In this document: positions 1-9,508 of the stretch, one piece after another | How the letters are laid out: the number at the start of each line of letters is the position of its first letter | How positions within the stretch are numbered: position 1 is the first letter of the stretch | NCBI GenBank assembly: GCA_965662775.1 | Contig: CBFIIW010000001.1 | Span: 10,515 to 74,514, forward strand | Origin: Alphaproteobacteria bacterium | Lineage (GTDB): Bacteria; Pseudomonadota; Alphaproteobacteria; UBA7985 | DNA: 64,000 nt | Direction: 5' to 3' | Notes under the pieces: generated by a model | Database searches by the model: none | Seen by the model: the letters and a program-made list of their open reading frames with translations, nothing else | Told to the model about the DNA's origin: nothing | Translations under genes and position numbers: made by a program

Positions 1-772
1 CTTCTGGCGTGGTGTCGCGGGAGGCATCAAAGGTAAAGTCAACCATCGACACGTCGGCGGTCGGAACCCGGATCGCGCTGCCGTCGAGCTTGCCCTTCAT
101 GTGCGGGAGTACCAGCCCGACTGCGCGTGCCGCGCCCGTCGAGGTTGGGATCAACGATAGGCCTGCAGAACGCGCTCGACGCCAGTCCTTGTGTGAGGTG
201 TCAACCAGCCGCTGGTCTCCGGTATAGGCGTGACAGGTGGTCATGTAGCCACGTTCAATGCCGATGGCTTCATGCAACACGTGGACCACGGGTGCGAGGC
301 AGTTGGTGGTACAAGAAGCGTTGGAGACGATCAGATCCTCCGCAGACAGGCCGTCGTGGTTCACACCATAGACAATGGTGCGGTCGGCATCGCCACAAGG
401 CGCGGAGATCAACACCTTTTTGGCTCCTGCGACGAGGTGCTGGCTCGCGCTTTCCTTTTTGGTGAAGCGCCCCGTGCACTCCATGACCACGTCCACACCT
501 AGTTCACCCCAGGGCAGCTTGACCGGGTCGGGTTGAGTCAGCAGTTTCACCCGACGACCACCGACAACCAAAACGTCTTCGCCCTCTACGGTGACATCCA
601 TGGGAAGCTGACGGTGCACCGAGTCCCACTTTAGCAGGTAGGCCATCTCAGCAGCATCGGAGAGGTCGTTAATTGCGACGAACTCGAGGTCTTCGCGACC
701 GCTTTCCAGCGCTGCGCGAAAGGTGAGGCGTCCGATGCGGCCGAAACCATTGATTGCGACTTTGGTGGTCAT
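1..772 (-). CDS. gap: glyceraldehyde-3-phosphate dehydrogenase, 5' part only (C-terminus lies beyond the window's left edge)
   Basis: Reverse-strand translation starts [15 protein letters not shown]... and continues ...[13 protein letters not shown]..., the canonical GAPDH NAD-binding and catalytic Cys motifs. The start ATG is the complement of positions 770-772. There is no stop codon inside the window. Confidence 0.9.
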   Translation of the reverse strand, partial: MTTKVAINGFGRIGRLTFRAALESGREDLEFVAINDLSDAAEMAYLLKWDSVHRQLPMDVTVEGEDVLVVGGRRVKLLTQPDPVKLPWGELGVDVVMECTGRFTKKESASQHLVAGAKKVLISAPCGDADRTIVYGVNHDGLSAEDLIVSNASCTTNCLAPVVHVLHEAIGIERGYMTTCHAYTGDQRLVDTSHKDWRRARSAGLSLIPTSTGAARAVGLVLPHMKGKLDGSAIRVPTADVSMVDFTFDASRDTTPE

Positions 773-1121
773 GGGTCTTTCCTGTTCAGGCTTTATGCCC
801 CGGTTGGGTCTGTCACTCGTTCGGGGGATCGCCCTGTGGTGTGGGCGTTAGTGCGTGGGTTTGGACAAGGGCGCGGACCGACGCGCGGTCGATTGCCTTC
901 TTCTATAAACCCCAATATCGAGGCTTCTCAAATGCTATAGCACAGTTGTGTAAGAGAAATTTCATGCGGGTGCTGAAAATGAAACAAAGCAGCCACCGGC
1001 TTTTGTTGGAGCGCTTTATCGACAGACTTGGCATAATGCTTACTGAACCTGCCTAATTGATATTTGCTCAACGCCGCGCTGTTTCACGCTAAGGCGGTGA
1101 GCGCCAGAGGAATTTACCAGC

Positions 1122-2528
1122 ATGCGCCGAAACCGGAATGCAAAAGTCGTGACCACCATTGGTCCAGCCAGTCGTGAACTCGGTATGCTGGAAGCACTGT
1201 TTCAGCAGGGTGCGGACGTCTTCCGCCTGAACTTTTCACATGGAAACCACGAGGATCATCGTCTGTCCTACGAGCGCATTCGTTCCATGGAGGCGAAGTT
1301 CCGGCGCTCGACCTGTATTCTGGCCGATATCCAGGGGCCCAAGTTGCGGCTTGGGGCCTTTATCGACGGTGGGGTTGCCGTCGAGCCCGGCGATTTAGTG
1401 ACGCTGACGCTGGAGGAGGTTGCAGGTACAGGTGAGCGAGTCACGCTGCCTCATCCAGAGATTTTCGCAGCGATGCAAATCGGTGGCCGGCTCCTGGTGG
1501 ACGACGGCAAAGTACGTCTGCGGATCATTGACGTGCGAGAGGGAGAAGCGGACTGCCGAGTAGAAGCCGGTCGGAGGCTGTCTGATCGCAAAGGTGTGAA
1601 CGTCCCAGACGCGGTTTTACCCCTGTCTGCTCTGACAGAGAAAGACCGCGCCGACTTGGACTTCGCACTGAAGCTCGGCGTTGATTGGATCGCACTTTCA
1701 TTTGTGCAGCAACCCAGTGACGTGATTGAAGCACGGCGGATTGTCGGTGATAAGGCACAGTTGATGGTAAAAATGGAAAAGCCATCGGCTGTTCACCATC
1801 TCGAAGAATTGGTGATGCTGGCCGATGGCATGATGGTCGCGCGGGGCGATCTTGGGGTGGAAATGCAGCCCGAGGAAGTGCCACCGATCCAGCGGCGGAT
1901 TGTCAGCGCCTGCCGCCGTGTGGGTAAGCCAGTGGTGGTTGCCACTCAGATGCTGGAGTCGATGATTTCAAATCCTGTGCCGACGCGCGCAGAATCGGCC
2001 GATGTAGCCCGTGCGGTCTTCGATGGCGCGGATGCGGTCATGCTTTCGGCGGAGAGTGCAGCGGGTCAGTACCCGCGAGAGGCAGTCGCGATGATGGACC
2101 GTATCCTTCGAGAGACCGAGCAGTCATCGCACTATCACCAATCCGTTGCGACCGGAGACCGAGAGGCCACCGGCTCAGATGCGATATCTGCCGCAGCGCG
2201 ACAGGTGGCGGAAACCGTTGATGCACGGGCAATCATCACCCACACACGCTCGGGTCGGACAGCGCAACGCGCCAGCCGTGAGAGACCGCAGGTGCCGATC
2301 ATCATGATTACACCGGAGGTCGATATCGCCCGCCAGTATACCATTGTCTGGGGTCTGCACTGTGTCGTCGCACCAGATATGGAAACACTTGATGCGGTCT
2401 TTGCCGAGGGCGGGCGGATTGCCGTCGATGAGGGTTTTGCCCAGAACGGGGATCAGGTCGTGCTCACAGCCGGCGTCCCCTTCGGGCAGGTAGGACAGAC
2501 CAATCTTCTCCGTCTGCTGCGGGTTTAG
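1122..2528 (+). CDS. pyk: pyruvate kinase
   Basis: 468 aa ORF. It contains RLNFSHG, ...MVARGDLGVE..., ...ESMISNPVPTRAE.DVA..., all typical pyruvate kinase motifs. Confidence 0.9.
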   Translation: MRRNRNAKVVTTIGPASRELGMLEALFQQGADVFRLNFSHGNHEDHRLSYERIRSMEAKFRRSTCILADIQGPKLRLGAFIDGGVAVEPGDLVTLTLEEVAGTGERVTLPHPEIFAAMQIGGRLLVDDGKVRLRIIDVREGEADCRVEAGRRLSDRKGVNVPDAVLPLSALTEKDRADLDFALKLGVDWIALSFVQQPSDVIEARRIVGDKAQLMVKMEKPSAVHHLEELVMLADGMMVARGDLGVEMQPEEVPPIQRRIVSACRRVGKPVVVATQMLESMISNPVPTRAESADVARAVFDGADAVMLSAESAAGQYPREAVAMMDRILRETEQSSHYHQSVATGDREATGSDAISAAARQVAETVDARAIITHTRSGRTAQRASRERPQVPIIMITPEVDIARQYTIVWGLHCVVAPDMETLDAVFAEGGRIAVDEGFAQNGDQVVLTAGVPFGQVGQTNLLRLLRV

Positions 2529-2549
2529 CGTACAGGCAACTGGCCGCAC

Positions 2550-4898
2550 TCACAGCGCTGTATCGTCATAGAAAATCTGAGAGGTGTTGCCACCGACGAG
2601 CAGGTCATCGGCTAGATTGCCTTGCTCCACAGAGGCAAGTTCAGTCCACGCAGGTAGATTCAGAAGCATTTGGGCATCGTCCGTAGCCTCCATAGTAAAT
2701 AGCAATGTCGCAGCGGAAAAATCGTCCGTCAGATCATAAATTCGAACCAGGTCCAGACCACTGTCGAGTACGGCCAATTCGCGGTCGGGGTTATCGTCGA
2801 AGTCACCAACAATCAGGTCGGTGATGTTGTCCGCTCCTGTGACCAGGCCTGTCGTTTCAAGATCCAGGCTATTCCCGTCCGCTTCAAAGACATCAACCCG
2901 GTCATCGCGCGCAGCAAGGACAATATCACGGTGGCTGGTGAGCGCCTGATAGCTGCCGGCCTGCAGTTCGACTTGGTTTGCGGACCTTGGGTCAATGTAG
3001 GTTAGATCGCCGTCCGCCAGACCAACAACAAAGTCTGTGCTGACCGAGATATAGGCTTCATCAATCAGCACGCTGTCTTGCGCGCCGTCGAACAGGGACG
3101 TGCTAGAAATATTGGCCGCAAAACTCCCGGAAAGAGAGATTACGCTATCGCGTCCACCGTCGCTGCCGACAAACAGATCAAGGTGCCCATGGCCGTCAAA
3201 CTCGCCGATGATGATCTGTGTCAGTTCACCTGATGCATCCAGGCTGGACTCAGTGGGGCTGCTAGATGAACCTTCGACAAGGTTGAGTTTGCGGCTAAAC
3301 TGACCCTTTCCGTCGCTGCTCCAGATTTCGAGGATATTGGCACCGGTGGAATCGGTTTCGCCGACCAGCGCAACATCCAACCGGCCGTCGCGGTCAAGGT
3401 CATCCACGGCAAGGTCGTGGTAGGTCGTGCCTGCGGTGCCGAATGTTGCGCCCGAGGCACCACCCTGTCCGTCCAAATCAGTAACCCGGACGTTTGCTGT
3501 GCCGTCGATACTGACCAGCAAAGCCTCACCGTTTCCATCGGCGCCAAGCCCTGCGTAGGTGATGGCGTGCATGCCGTCTGTTTCATTATGGGGTAGGCGA
3601 GTGAGATTGCGGGCCAACTCATAGCTCAGAACCACATCATCACTGACATCATTGCGTAGGGCGAAGACCAAATGCTGCAGACTGCTGTTACTCGCCGGAT
3701 CAGCGGCTTTGATCTGTAGGCGCAGGCTGTTATCGCCGTGCGCGGGCAGGGTGCCGTCTGCGTCACCTGTTTGGGCTGAGAAATCGGGACGGCTGTCAGC
3801 GGCCGAGCCCGCCTTCGCCGGCGCGCCACCGACGAAGAATAATGCACCGCTGGCCTCATCGATGCTGAACCGATTGGCGTCTGAGCCGCCGGAGATGGTG
3901 TAAGTGACGGTATCGCTCTGAGGATCCTGTGCCCCAACGGTGAAAAATGCGCCGATCGACCCTTCGTCGATTGAGACCAGATTACTGCTGGTAAAGCGAG
4001 GTGCATTGAGGTCTGCGAGGAAGCTATCGTCATCAACACGGCGGATACTATAACCCGTGCCTACAAAGCCGTTACCCGGTTGCGGTACGTTGATCCCATC
4101 AAGGCGAGGCAGCAAGGACATGGCGCCCCCCAGCCCGGCGAGACCACCCACACTAAGAGCCAGCAGGCCGTGACCAGCAGAAGGGTTCGGCGCGCTTGTC
4201 ATCGGGCTGTATGACAACGGGCCGTGACCAGCGATAAGGATCGGCTCTCCAGCTAGCGTAGCAGGTGTCGGTGTAACGGCCGTTGGCTGTGGTGGGACGA
4301 GTATAGCCTGCGACTGAGACAGCGCAGGTGTAGGAGCAAGAGCTGGCACGTGCACCGGTGCCTGCTCGGGAGTGGTCGTAGTTACGGGCATTTGCATCGT
4401 TACGGATGAAATGGCCGCGGGCGCAGAGGCCGACACAGACAGCGTGCCAGGCGCATTGAGGGGCGCAGGGAAGGCTGCATTGTTTGTTGCAGCAATAGCA
4501 AATGGGCCGGGCACGGCCATTGCTTCTGCCATGCCGGAAACCAGTGGTGCTGGGACCGTGTGCGCGTGGTTGGGGCCGAGGGGCGATTGGGTTAACGGCT
4601 GGTGGCTGTGCGTGAGACCACTCTGATGCCCATGGATCGCGCCAAGAAGGGTTTGCCCGATGATGATACCGGATCCATCGCCACCGAAATCTAAATCAGT
4701 CTGCGATTGGGCCGACGCGGACACGGCTGCGGTGAGCCCTGCACTCAGCCCGGCGAGACTGCCTGAGGCGGTTAGCGCCCGGCGACGGCCGGAGCGGTTG
4801 TTGCGATGATGGTCCGGACCGTGCGGCGGCTTATTGGACAGGCCTGCGGCTGCGGACACGATGGTGGCGACAGGGGACAAAGGACGGGCGGAACGCAT
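2550..4898 (-). CDS. large secreted repeat protein (FG-GAP/VCBS-like and cadherin-like repeats, Pro/Thr/Ala-rich linker); putative adhesin
   Basis: 782 aa. The N-terminus has an RRR..A-rich, Tat/Sec-like signal (SGRRRALTASGSLAGLSAGLTAAVSASAQS). A low-complexity P/T/A region follows. Then come repeated D-x-D-x-DG calcium-binding-like FG-GAP motifs (GDFDDNPDRELAV, DLDRDGRLDVAL, GEFDGHGHLDLFVG) and a cadherin-like stretch (YTISGGSDANRFSIDEASGALFF). Confidence 0.6.
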   Translation of the reverse strand: MRSARPLSPVATIVSAAAGLSNKPPHGPDHHRNNRSGRRRALTASGSLAGLSAGLTAAVSASAQSQTDLDFGGDGSGIIIGQTLLGAIHGHQSGLTHSHQPLTQSPLGPNHAHTVPAPLVSGMAEAMAVPGPFAIAATNNAAFPAPLNAPGTLSVSASAPAAISSVTMQMPVTTTTPEQAPVHVPALAPTPALSQSQAILVPPQPTAVTPTPATLAGEPILIAGHGPLSYSPMTSAPNPSAGHGLLALSVGGLAGLGGAMSLLPRLDGINVPQPGNGFVGTGYSIRRVDDDSFLADLNAPRFTSSNLVSIDEGSIGAFFTVGAQDPQSDTVTYTISGGSDANRFSIDEASGALFFVGGAPAKAGSAADSRPDFSAQTGDADGTLPAHGDNSLRLQIKAADPASNSSLQHLVFALRNDVSDDVVLSYELARNLTRLPHNETDGMHAITYAGLGADGNGEALLVSIDGTANVRVTDLDGQGGASGATFGTAGTTYHDLAVDDLDRDGRLDVALVGETDSTGANILEIWSSDGKGQFSRKLNLVEGSSSSPTESSLDASGELTQIIIGEFDGHGHLDLFVGSDGGRDSVISLSGSFAANISSTSLFDGAQDSVLIDEAYISVSTDFVVGLADGDLTYIDPRSANQVELQAGSYQALTSHRDIVLAARDDRVDVFEADGNSLDLETTGLVTGADNITDLIVGDFDDNPDRELAVLDSGLDLVRIYDLTDDFSAATLLFTMEATDDAQMLLNLPAWTELASVEQGNLADDLLVGGNTSQIFYDDTAL

Positions 4899-5159
4899 GG
4901 GCCGTCTCCGAAAATTCTGGCGGCGCAGCGAAAGGGCGTTCTTTTAAATTCGCCAAACAGGCAACGCGCGCAATGAAATGGTGGCCCCCAAAACGAGGAA
5001 TGTTCAAAATCAGGGCCGTCTGAATAAGTCGTGCAAATGTCGTGGTCGGTTTGCATCAGATCGGAAAAACCCGGATTCTAAGGCACAATAATGCTATTTT
5101 GCACGACTTTTAATCAATTTCCACGAAAAAATGCGCCGCAAACCTGCCGGTTCCATCGG

Positions 5160-6304
5160 TCACTGTAGGATACGGCCCGCTTCGACAAAGGCTGAGTAAA
5201 CAAAGGCAAAAGTAACGTCGTGCACAGCGTCGCGGCGGTTTCCGTTGGCCTCAACGAACTGAACGACAATGTTGCCGACATCGCGACCGGCGGCAATCTC
5301 GCTGGTATCGAGCGCGGAGTTTTGCCCGGCGGTCCAGCTGATTTCGATCGCGCCATCGCGCGGAATGCCTTCTTGGGCAATAAGGCTCATTGCGTAAGCC
5401 TGTTCTTCATGCCCCTCAACGACGATAACACGCGCCATGGGCGGGATGCCTTTGGGAAGAGTACCACGGTAGAGGAAGGAGCGACCGTCTTCAGCATCAT
5501 AAGATCGGTAAGGATTCCGCCCATATTTGCGCTGATTTTCCCGTTTGGGAACCAGAACACGGCCATCGGAGAAACGTTGGGCAAAGCGCTCGAAACTCTC
5601 AATGCGGGAGGGCAGCTTGACCAGGGTGTGGCCCACATGATCACCGATAAGGGCTTCGCCACTAAACTGCTGCCACCAGCTTTCTGTCTGACGGTCATAC
5701 ATGATCATATCGGATTTTCGCAGTCGTCCTGATACGCCAAATGTATGCGCCGTTCCTGCAATGCGGGTGTCAAAGACGATCGCGGCGTTACACAGGGGCA
5801 GTAGGTAACCGCTACGGGAACACCACCGATGATGTCGTTGGCGATTTCATGCCAGGTCAGGATTTGAAGCGGGTAGGCCTTGGCTTCGCCGTTCACCTGC
5901 AGTCCGATCACCGGCTCGGTGGCGGCATAGCGCGTTGTGGCTTCTGCGAGGGAAATAAACTTTGGTGCGTCGATGGCTGGAATACCGTCCCGTGGTGGGC
6001 CACCGGAGAGTATTTCGTCATAGTCAACAATCGAGCGGTTAAAGTCACCAAGAGGAAACTCCCGGCCCCACGACGGCGAATACTCTTGGGGTGGGAGCAG
6101 AGTCTGCGCATTCGCACCATCAATGAAGGGGACACCCAACAGGCCCCAGCTCAACACTAATGCACCGATGGTCGCGAAGCAGCACCTTAGCACCCTTAGC
6201 ACTTGCCGGAAAACGGGCCGGAAAACGGGCCGGAAACCGGGCCGGAATAAGGGCCGGGATAAGGGTCGGGATGGGTGCAGAGACAAAGTGGCGGTCCTCT
6301 CCAA
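5160..6304 (-). pseudogene. DUF3179-family protein split by a 1-nt frameshift in a G4 run (plus-strand 5795-5798); either a pseudogene or a homopolymer sequencing error
   Basis: The upstream ORF (5705..6304) ends ...GGVPVAVTYCPCVTPRSS.... The downstream ORF (5160..5708) starts MIMYDRQTESWWQQ.... Adding one C to the coding-strand run restores ...VTYCPLCNAAIVFDTRIAGTAHTFGVSGRLRKSDMIMYDRQTESWW..., the conserved DUF3179 core. Confidence 0.55.
6205..6276. repeat. imperfect 12-bp tandem repeat x6 (gccggaaaacgg-like)
   Basis: Six consecutive 12-mers: gccggaaaacgg, gccggaaaacgg, gccggaaaccgg, gccggaataagg, gccgggataagg, gtcgggatgggt. In the minus frame they encode RPxFRP-type repeats at the extreme N-terminus, or the leader, of the DUF3179 ORF. 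Confidence 0.8.
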
Positions 6305-6438
6305 CGATGATGGTCTCGTCCACGCCTAGGCGTCTAGCGCGCTGTTTGTCTGCAAAACTCTACTCACAAATGCGTGCCTGCGCCGGCCTGCAGGCAGAAG
6401 CCCGCTGGGTTGAATTGGTCTGATCCACACGTGAACGC

Positions 6439-7044
6439 TTGAAAATGGCGCGGAGATTGCTGAACAGTGCTCAGGAACACCGTGCGTTGCAAAAAGCAAT
6501 TCAGCGCGAATTTACGCGGGTAGATGAACGCCTTATGGGTTTGGTTCGACGCAGTTGGATACAGGACGTGAAGCTGGCGCTTGTCGTTTCGGCCATAGTG
6601 CTGCTGCTTACCGGATCTGTCGTGCTTGGCTTGCGCTGGGACCTGGCTGTTGAGCGGACCAGTTTACCGCCGGAGTCATCGAGCGGGTCGAGTGACCAAT
6701 ATCCCGCGGGTGGGGTGACCATTTTGCGCGATGATCTTGCGGCAAAATCCGGTCATCCGGATGAGACTGAGTGGTACCAGTTGCTCTATCGCATCACGGT
6801 TGTGGATTTCTGTGGTCAACAGACGTGGCACGTGCGCGCAGGCTACCAGATCAATCGAAACCGTTTGCAGTTGGATCGACCCATTTCGATCGCCCGCGCC
6901 GCCAAAATCCGGAGTGCTGCCATCTCTCTGGTCGAGCAGGAGATGCGCCACGGCGGGGTCCAGAACTACGCTTACTGGTGCTCGGTCAGGGGAGACGCAG
7001 CGGCCAGTCACTTCCGCTCGGTTTGGTCGCAGTCGCTGGGCTGA
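6439..7044 (+). CDS. hypothetical single-pass membrane protein
   Basis: 201 aa ORF with one hydrophobic segment (LALVVSAIVLLLTGSVVLGL). No recognisable motif. Confidence 0.4.
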   Translation: MKMARRLLNSAQEHRALQKAIQREFTRVDERLMGLVRRSWIQDVKLALVVSAIVLLLTGSVVLGLRWDLAVERTSLPPESSSGSSDQYPAGGVTILRDDLAAKSGHPDETEWYQLLYRITVVDFCGQQTWHVRAGYQINRNRLQLDRPISIARAAKIRSAAISLVEQEMRHGGVQNYAYWCSVRGDAAASHFRSVWSQSLG

Positions 7045-7055
7045 AATCCGCCCGT

Positions 7056-9164
7056 TTATCCCGCTTCGAGAAATGCTATCGCTTGTTCCCGCTCAAACAA
7101 ATATAGCAGCGTGCGCAGGGCTTGCCCCCTCGATCCAGCAAGGTTGGGGATCTTGTTCAGTGTCAATTGCGCATCGCGCTGCGCGGTTTCTAACAGATCA
7201 TTGTGCTCTGGCAGGTTGGCAAAGCTCATATCAGGCAAACCTGACTGACGTGTACCCATCACGTCGCCGGTGCCGCGGAGGCGCAAATCTTCTTCAGCGA
7301 TGACAAAGCCATCGTTGCTTTCACGCATGATCGACAGACGCGAGCGGGCCGTTTCCCCCAGCGGGGCCGTGTAAAGCAGTAGGCAGGTCGAGGCCTTCAC
7401 GCCGCGCCCGATCCGGCCACGCAGCTGATGGAGTTGTGCGAGGCCGAAGCGCTCTGCATGTTCGATGACCATAACCGTCGCGTTCGGCACATCGACACCG
7501 ACTTCGACCACCGTTGTCGCGACCAGAATATCCAGCTCATGTGCCTTGAAACGGCGCATGACCGCGTCTTTTTCTTCGCCTTTCATTCGGCCATGAACGA
7601 GACCAACCCTTGGCCCAAACATTTCTTGAAGCATTGCATGGCGTTCTTCGGCGGCTGTCAGGCGCGTGACTTCTGTTTCCTCGACCAATGGACAGATCCA
7701 GTAGGACTGATCGCCGGCTTCGATTGCGCGGCGTAGCGCGAGCGCAACATCGCCCCATTGATCTTGGGGCTTTACGATCGTCTTGATAGGCTGGCGTCCA
7801 GCAGGTTTATGCAGCAATTTGGAGATATCAAGGTCGCCATAAAGCGCCAGAACCAGCGAGCGTGGGATGGGCGTGGCCGACATCAGGAGCATGTGCGGTG
7901 CTTCACCCTTTTGTCCCAGCGCAAGTCGCTGATGCACACCAAAACGGTGCTGCTCATCAATGATCACCAGCCCGAGATTACGGAAAGCAACGCCTTCTTG
8001 AAATAGCGCGTGCGTACCGATGAGAATCTTGATCGCGCCCTCGGCACAACCAGCCAGTACTGGCTTGCGGGCTGCGGCCTTGTCCCGTCCAGTGAGAATG
8101 TCGATGCGCACGCCGACTTTATTGAGCGCATCGAATAGGTTGGCATGCAATTGCCGGGCGAGAATCTCGGTGGGCGCCATGATCGCCACCTGGGCGCCAG
8201 CCTCAACCGCAACGAGCGCCGAGAACAAAGCAACCATCGTCTTGCCGCTACCCACATCCCCCATAATCAGCCGCATCATCCGCTGTGCACGACCCATGTC
8301 TGAGCGGACCGCTTCGATAGCCTCATTCTGACTGTCTGTGAGGGTGAAGGGCAGTGCTGCGCGCACTCTCGCGCTCAGGCTATCATCACCTTTCAGCGCC
8401 GTTCCGCCGCGGCGGCGGCCACGTTCGCGCACAATCATGAGCGAGAGTTGCTGAGCGAGCAGCTCATCATAGGCCAGTCGGCGCAGCGCGTCGGTCCGTA
8501 CCCGGTGATCCGGTGCTGGAGCCGTTTCGCCATCTTCTACGCCATCGGTGCGGAAGTGCAGGGCGTTGACGGCCTGCCGCCAGCCTGGCCAACTCTGCTG
8601 CTGCAGTAGGCTGGTGTCCGTCCATTCGGGCAGTGTGGGGGCTTCTTCCAGCGCTGCGTTGAGCGCTTTGTTCCAAACCCGACCCGTGAGCCCCTGTGTC
8701 AGCGGATAGATCGGCTCAGTCTTCGGGATACTGTCAATTTCCTCTGGTGGCACCATGTAGTCGGGGTGGGTAATTTGCCAGGTGCTGTTAAAGCGCGCGA
8801 GTTTGCCCGAGACGACCCGGTCTGAACGCGGGGGCAATTGGCCCGCTAACCAGTCACCTCGGGCGTTGAAAAACACGAGTTGAACAGGGATGTCGCCGGC
8901 CAGCGCATTGACGCGGTAGGGGGCTTTTGGGTTGCGCGGCGCTGAGTGTTGAAGGATCAGCAGTGGCAGCGTGACCAACTGGTCTTCATAGAGATCACTT
9001 GGCGCGACGATGCGGGTGCGCTGCTGAACGCGGTGGGGCTGCGCGCGCAGGATGTCCCACAGGTTCGCACCGGCGATGCGCTCGATCAGCGCGGCCGACT
9101 TTGGACCGATCCCCGCTAAGTCGGTCACAGGGGAAAACAAGGGATTGAGGATTGCTGGCCGCAC
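7056..9164 (-). CDS. recG: ATP-dependent DNA helicase RecG
   Basis: 702 aa. Contains Walker A GDVGSGKT, DEQHRFGV, and the ...MSATPIPRSL... helicase motifs. N-terminal wedge domain is present. Confidence 0.9.
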   Translation of the reverse strand: MRPAILNPLFSPVTDLAGIGPKSAALIERIAGANLWDILRAQPHRVQQRTRIVAPSDLYEDQLVTLPLLILQHSAPRNPKAPYRVNALAGDIPVQLVFFNARGDWLAGQLPPRSDRVVSGKLARFNSTWQITHPDYMVPPEEIDSIPKTEPIYPLTQGLTGRVWNKALNAALEEAPTLPEWTDTSLLQQQSWPGWRQAVNALHFRTDGVEDGETAPAPDHRVRTDALRRLAYDELLAQQLSLMIVRERGRRRGGTALKGDDSLSARVRAALPFTLTDSQNEAIEAVRSDMGRAQRMMRLIMGDVGSGKTMVALFSALVAVEAGAQVAIMAPTEILARQLHANLFDALNKVGVRIDILTGRDKAAARKPVLAGCAEGAIKILIGTHALFQEGVAFRNLGLVIIDEQHRFGVHQRLALGQKGEAPHMLLMSATPIPRSLVLALYGDLDISKLLHKPAGRQPIKTIVKPQDQWGDVALALRRAIEAGDQSYWICPLVEETEVTRLTAAEERHAMLQEMFGPRVGLVHGRMKGEEKDAVMRRFKAHELDILVATTVVEVGVDVPNATVMVIEHAERFGLAQLHQLRGRIGRGVKASTCLLLYTAPLGETARSRLSIMRESNDGFVIAEEDLRLRGTGDVMGTRQSGLPDMSFANLPEHNDLLETAQRDAQLTLNKIPNLAGSRGQALRTLLYLFEREQAIAFLEAG

Positions 9165-9214
9165 GCTAGCTTTCCGATCAATGGAAACACAATGTCCGGG
9201 ACTTTAGAACCAGC

Positions 9215-9505
9215 ATGGAATACGAGCAACGTCGCAAGCGAGCGCTTTGGCGCGCGGGACATCGCGGGACACGGGAGCTGGATCTGTTAATGAGTCAGTT
9301 TGTTCATGATTTCCTGCCTGAACACAGCGCACAGGATGACACGGCTGCATGGGCTGACGCTTTAGACCGGATGGCCCAGATCGAGCAATTGCAGATGGTC
9401 AACGATCCGGAAGTGCAGGAATGGCTCCAACGCCCGGACAGCATTCCAGCCGAGCTTCCCGAGCCCTTGCTTTCTGCGCTGCGATCGTTTGAGTACCGGC
9501 TTTAA
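9215..9505 (+). CDS. sdhE: succinate dehydrogenase FAD assembly factor SdhE (DUF339)
   Basis: 96 aa with a RGTRELDLLM motif. It sits between recG and mfd, the usual alphaproteobacterial position. Confidence 0.75.
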   Translation: MEYEQRRKRALWRAGHRGTRELDLLMSQFVHDFLPEHSAQDDTAAWADALDRMAQIEQLQMVNDPEVQEWLQRPDSIPAELPEPLLSALRSFEYRL

Positions 9506-9508
9506 TCT

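Noticed and set aside
754-1056. 100-aa ORF in the gap-pyk intergenic region
   Set aside because: It overlaps the gap start codon region, has no motif, and is Trp/Cys-rich. The region is better explained as the pyk promoter and leader.
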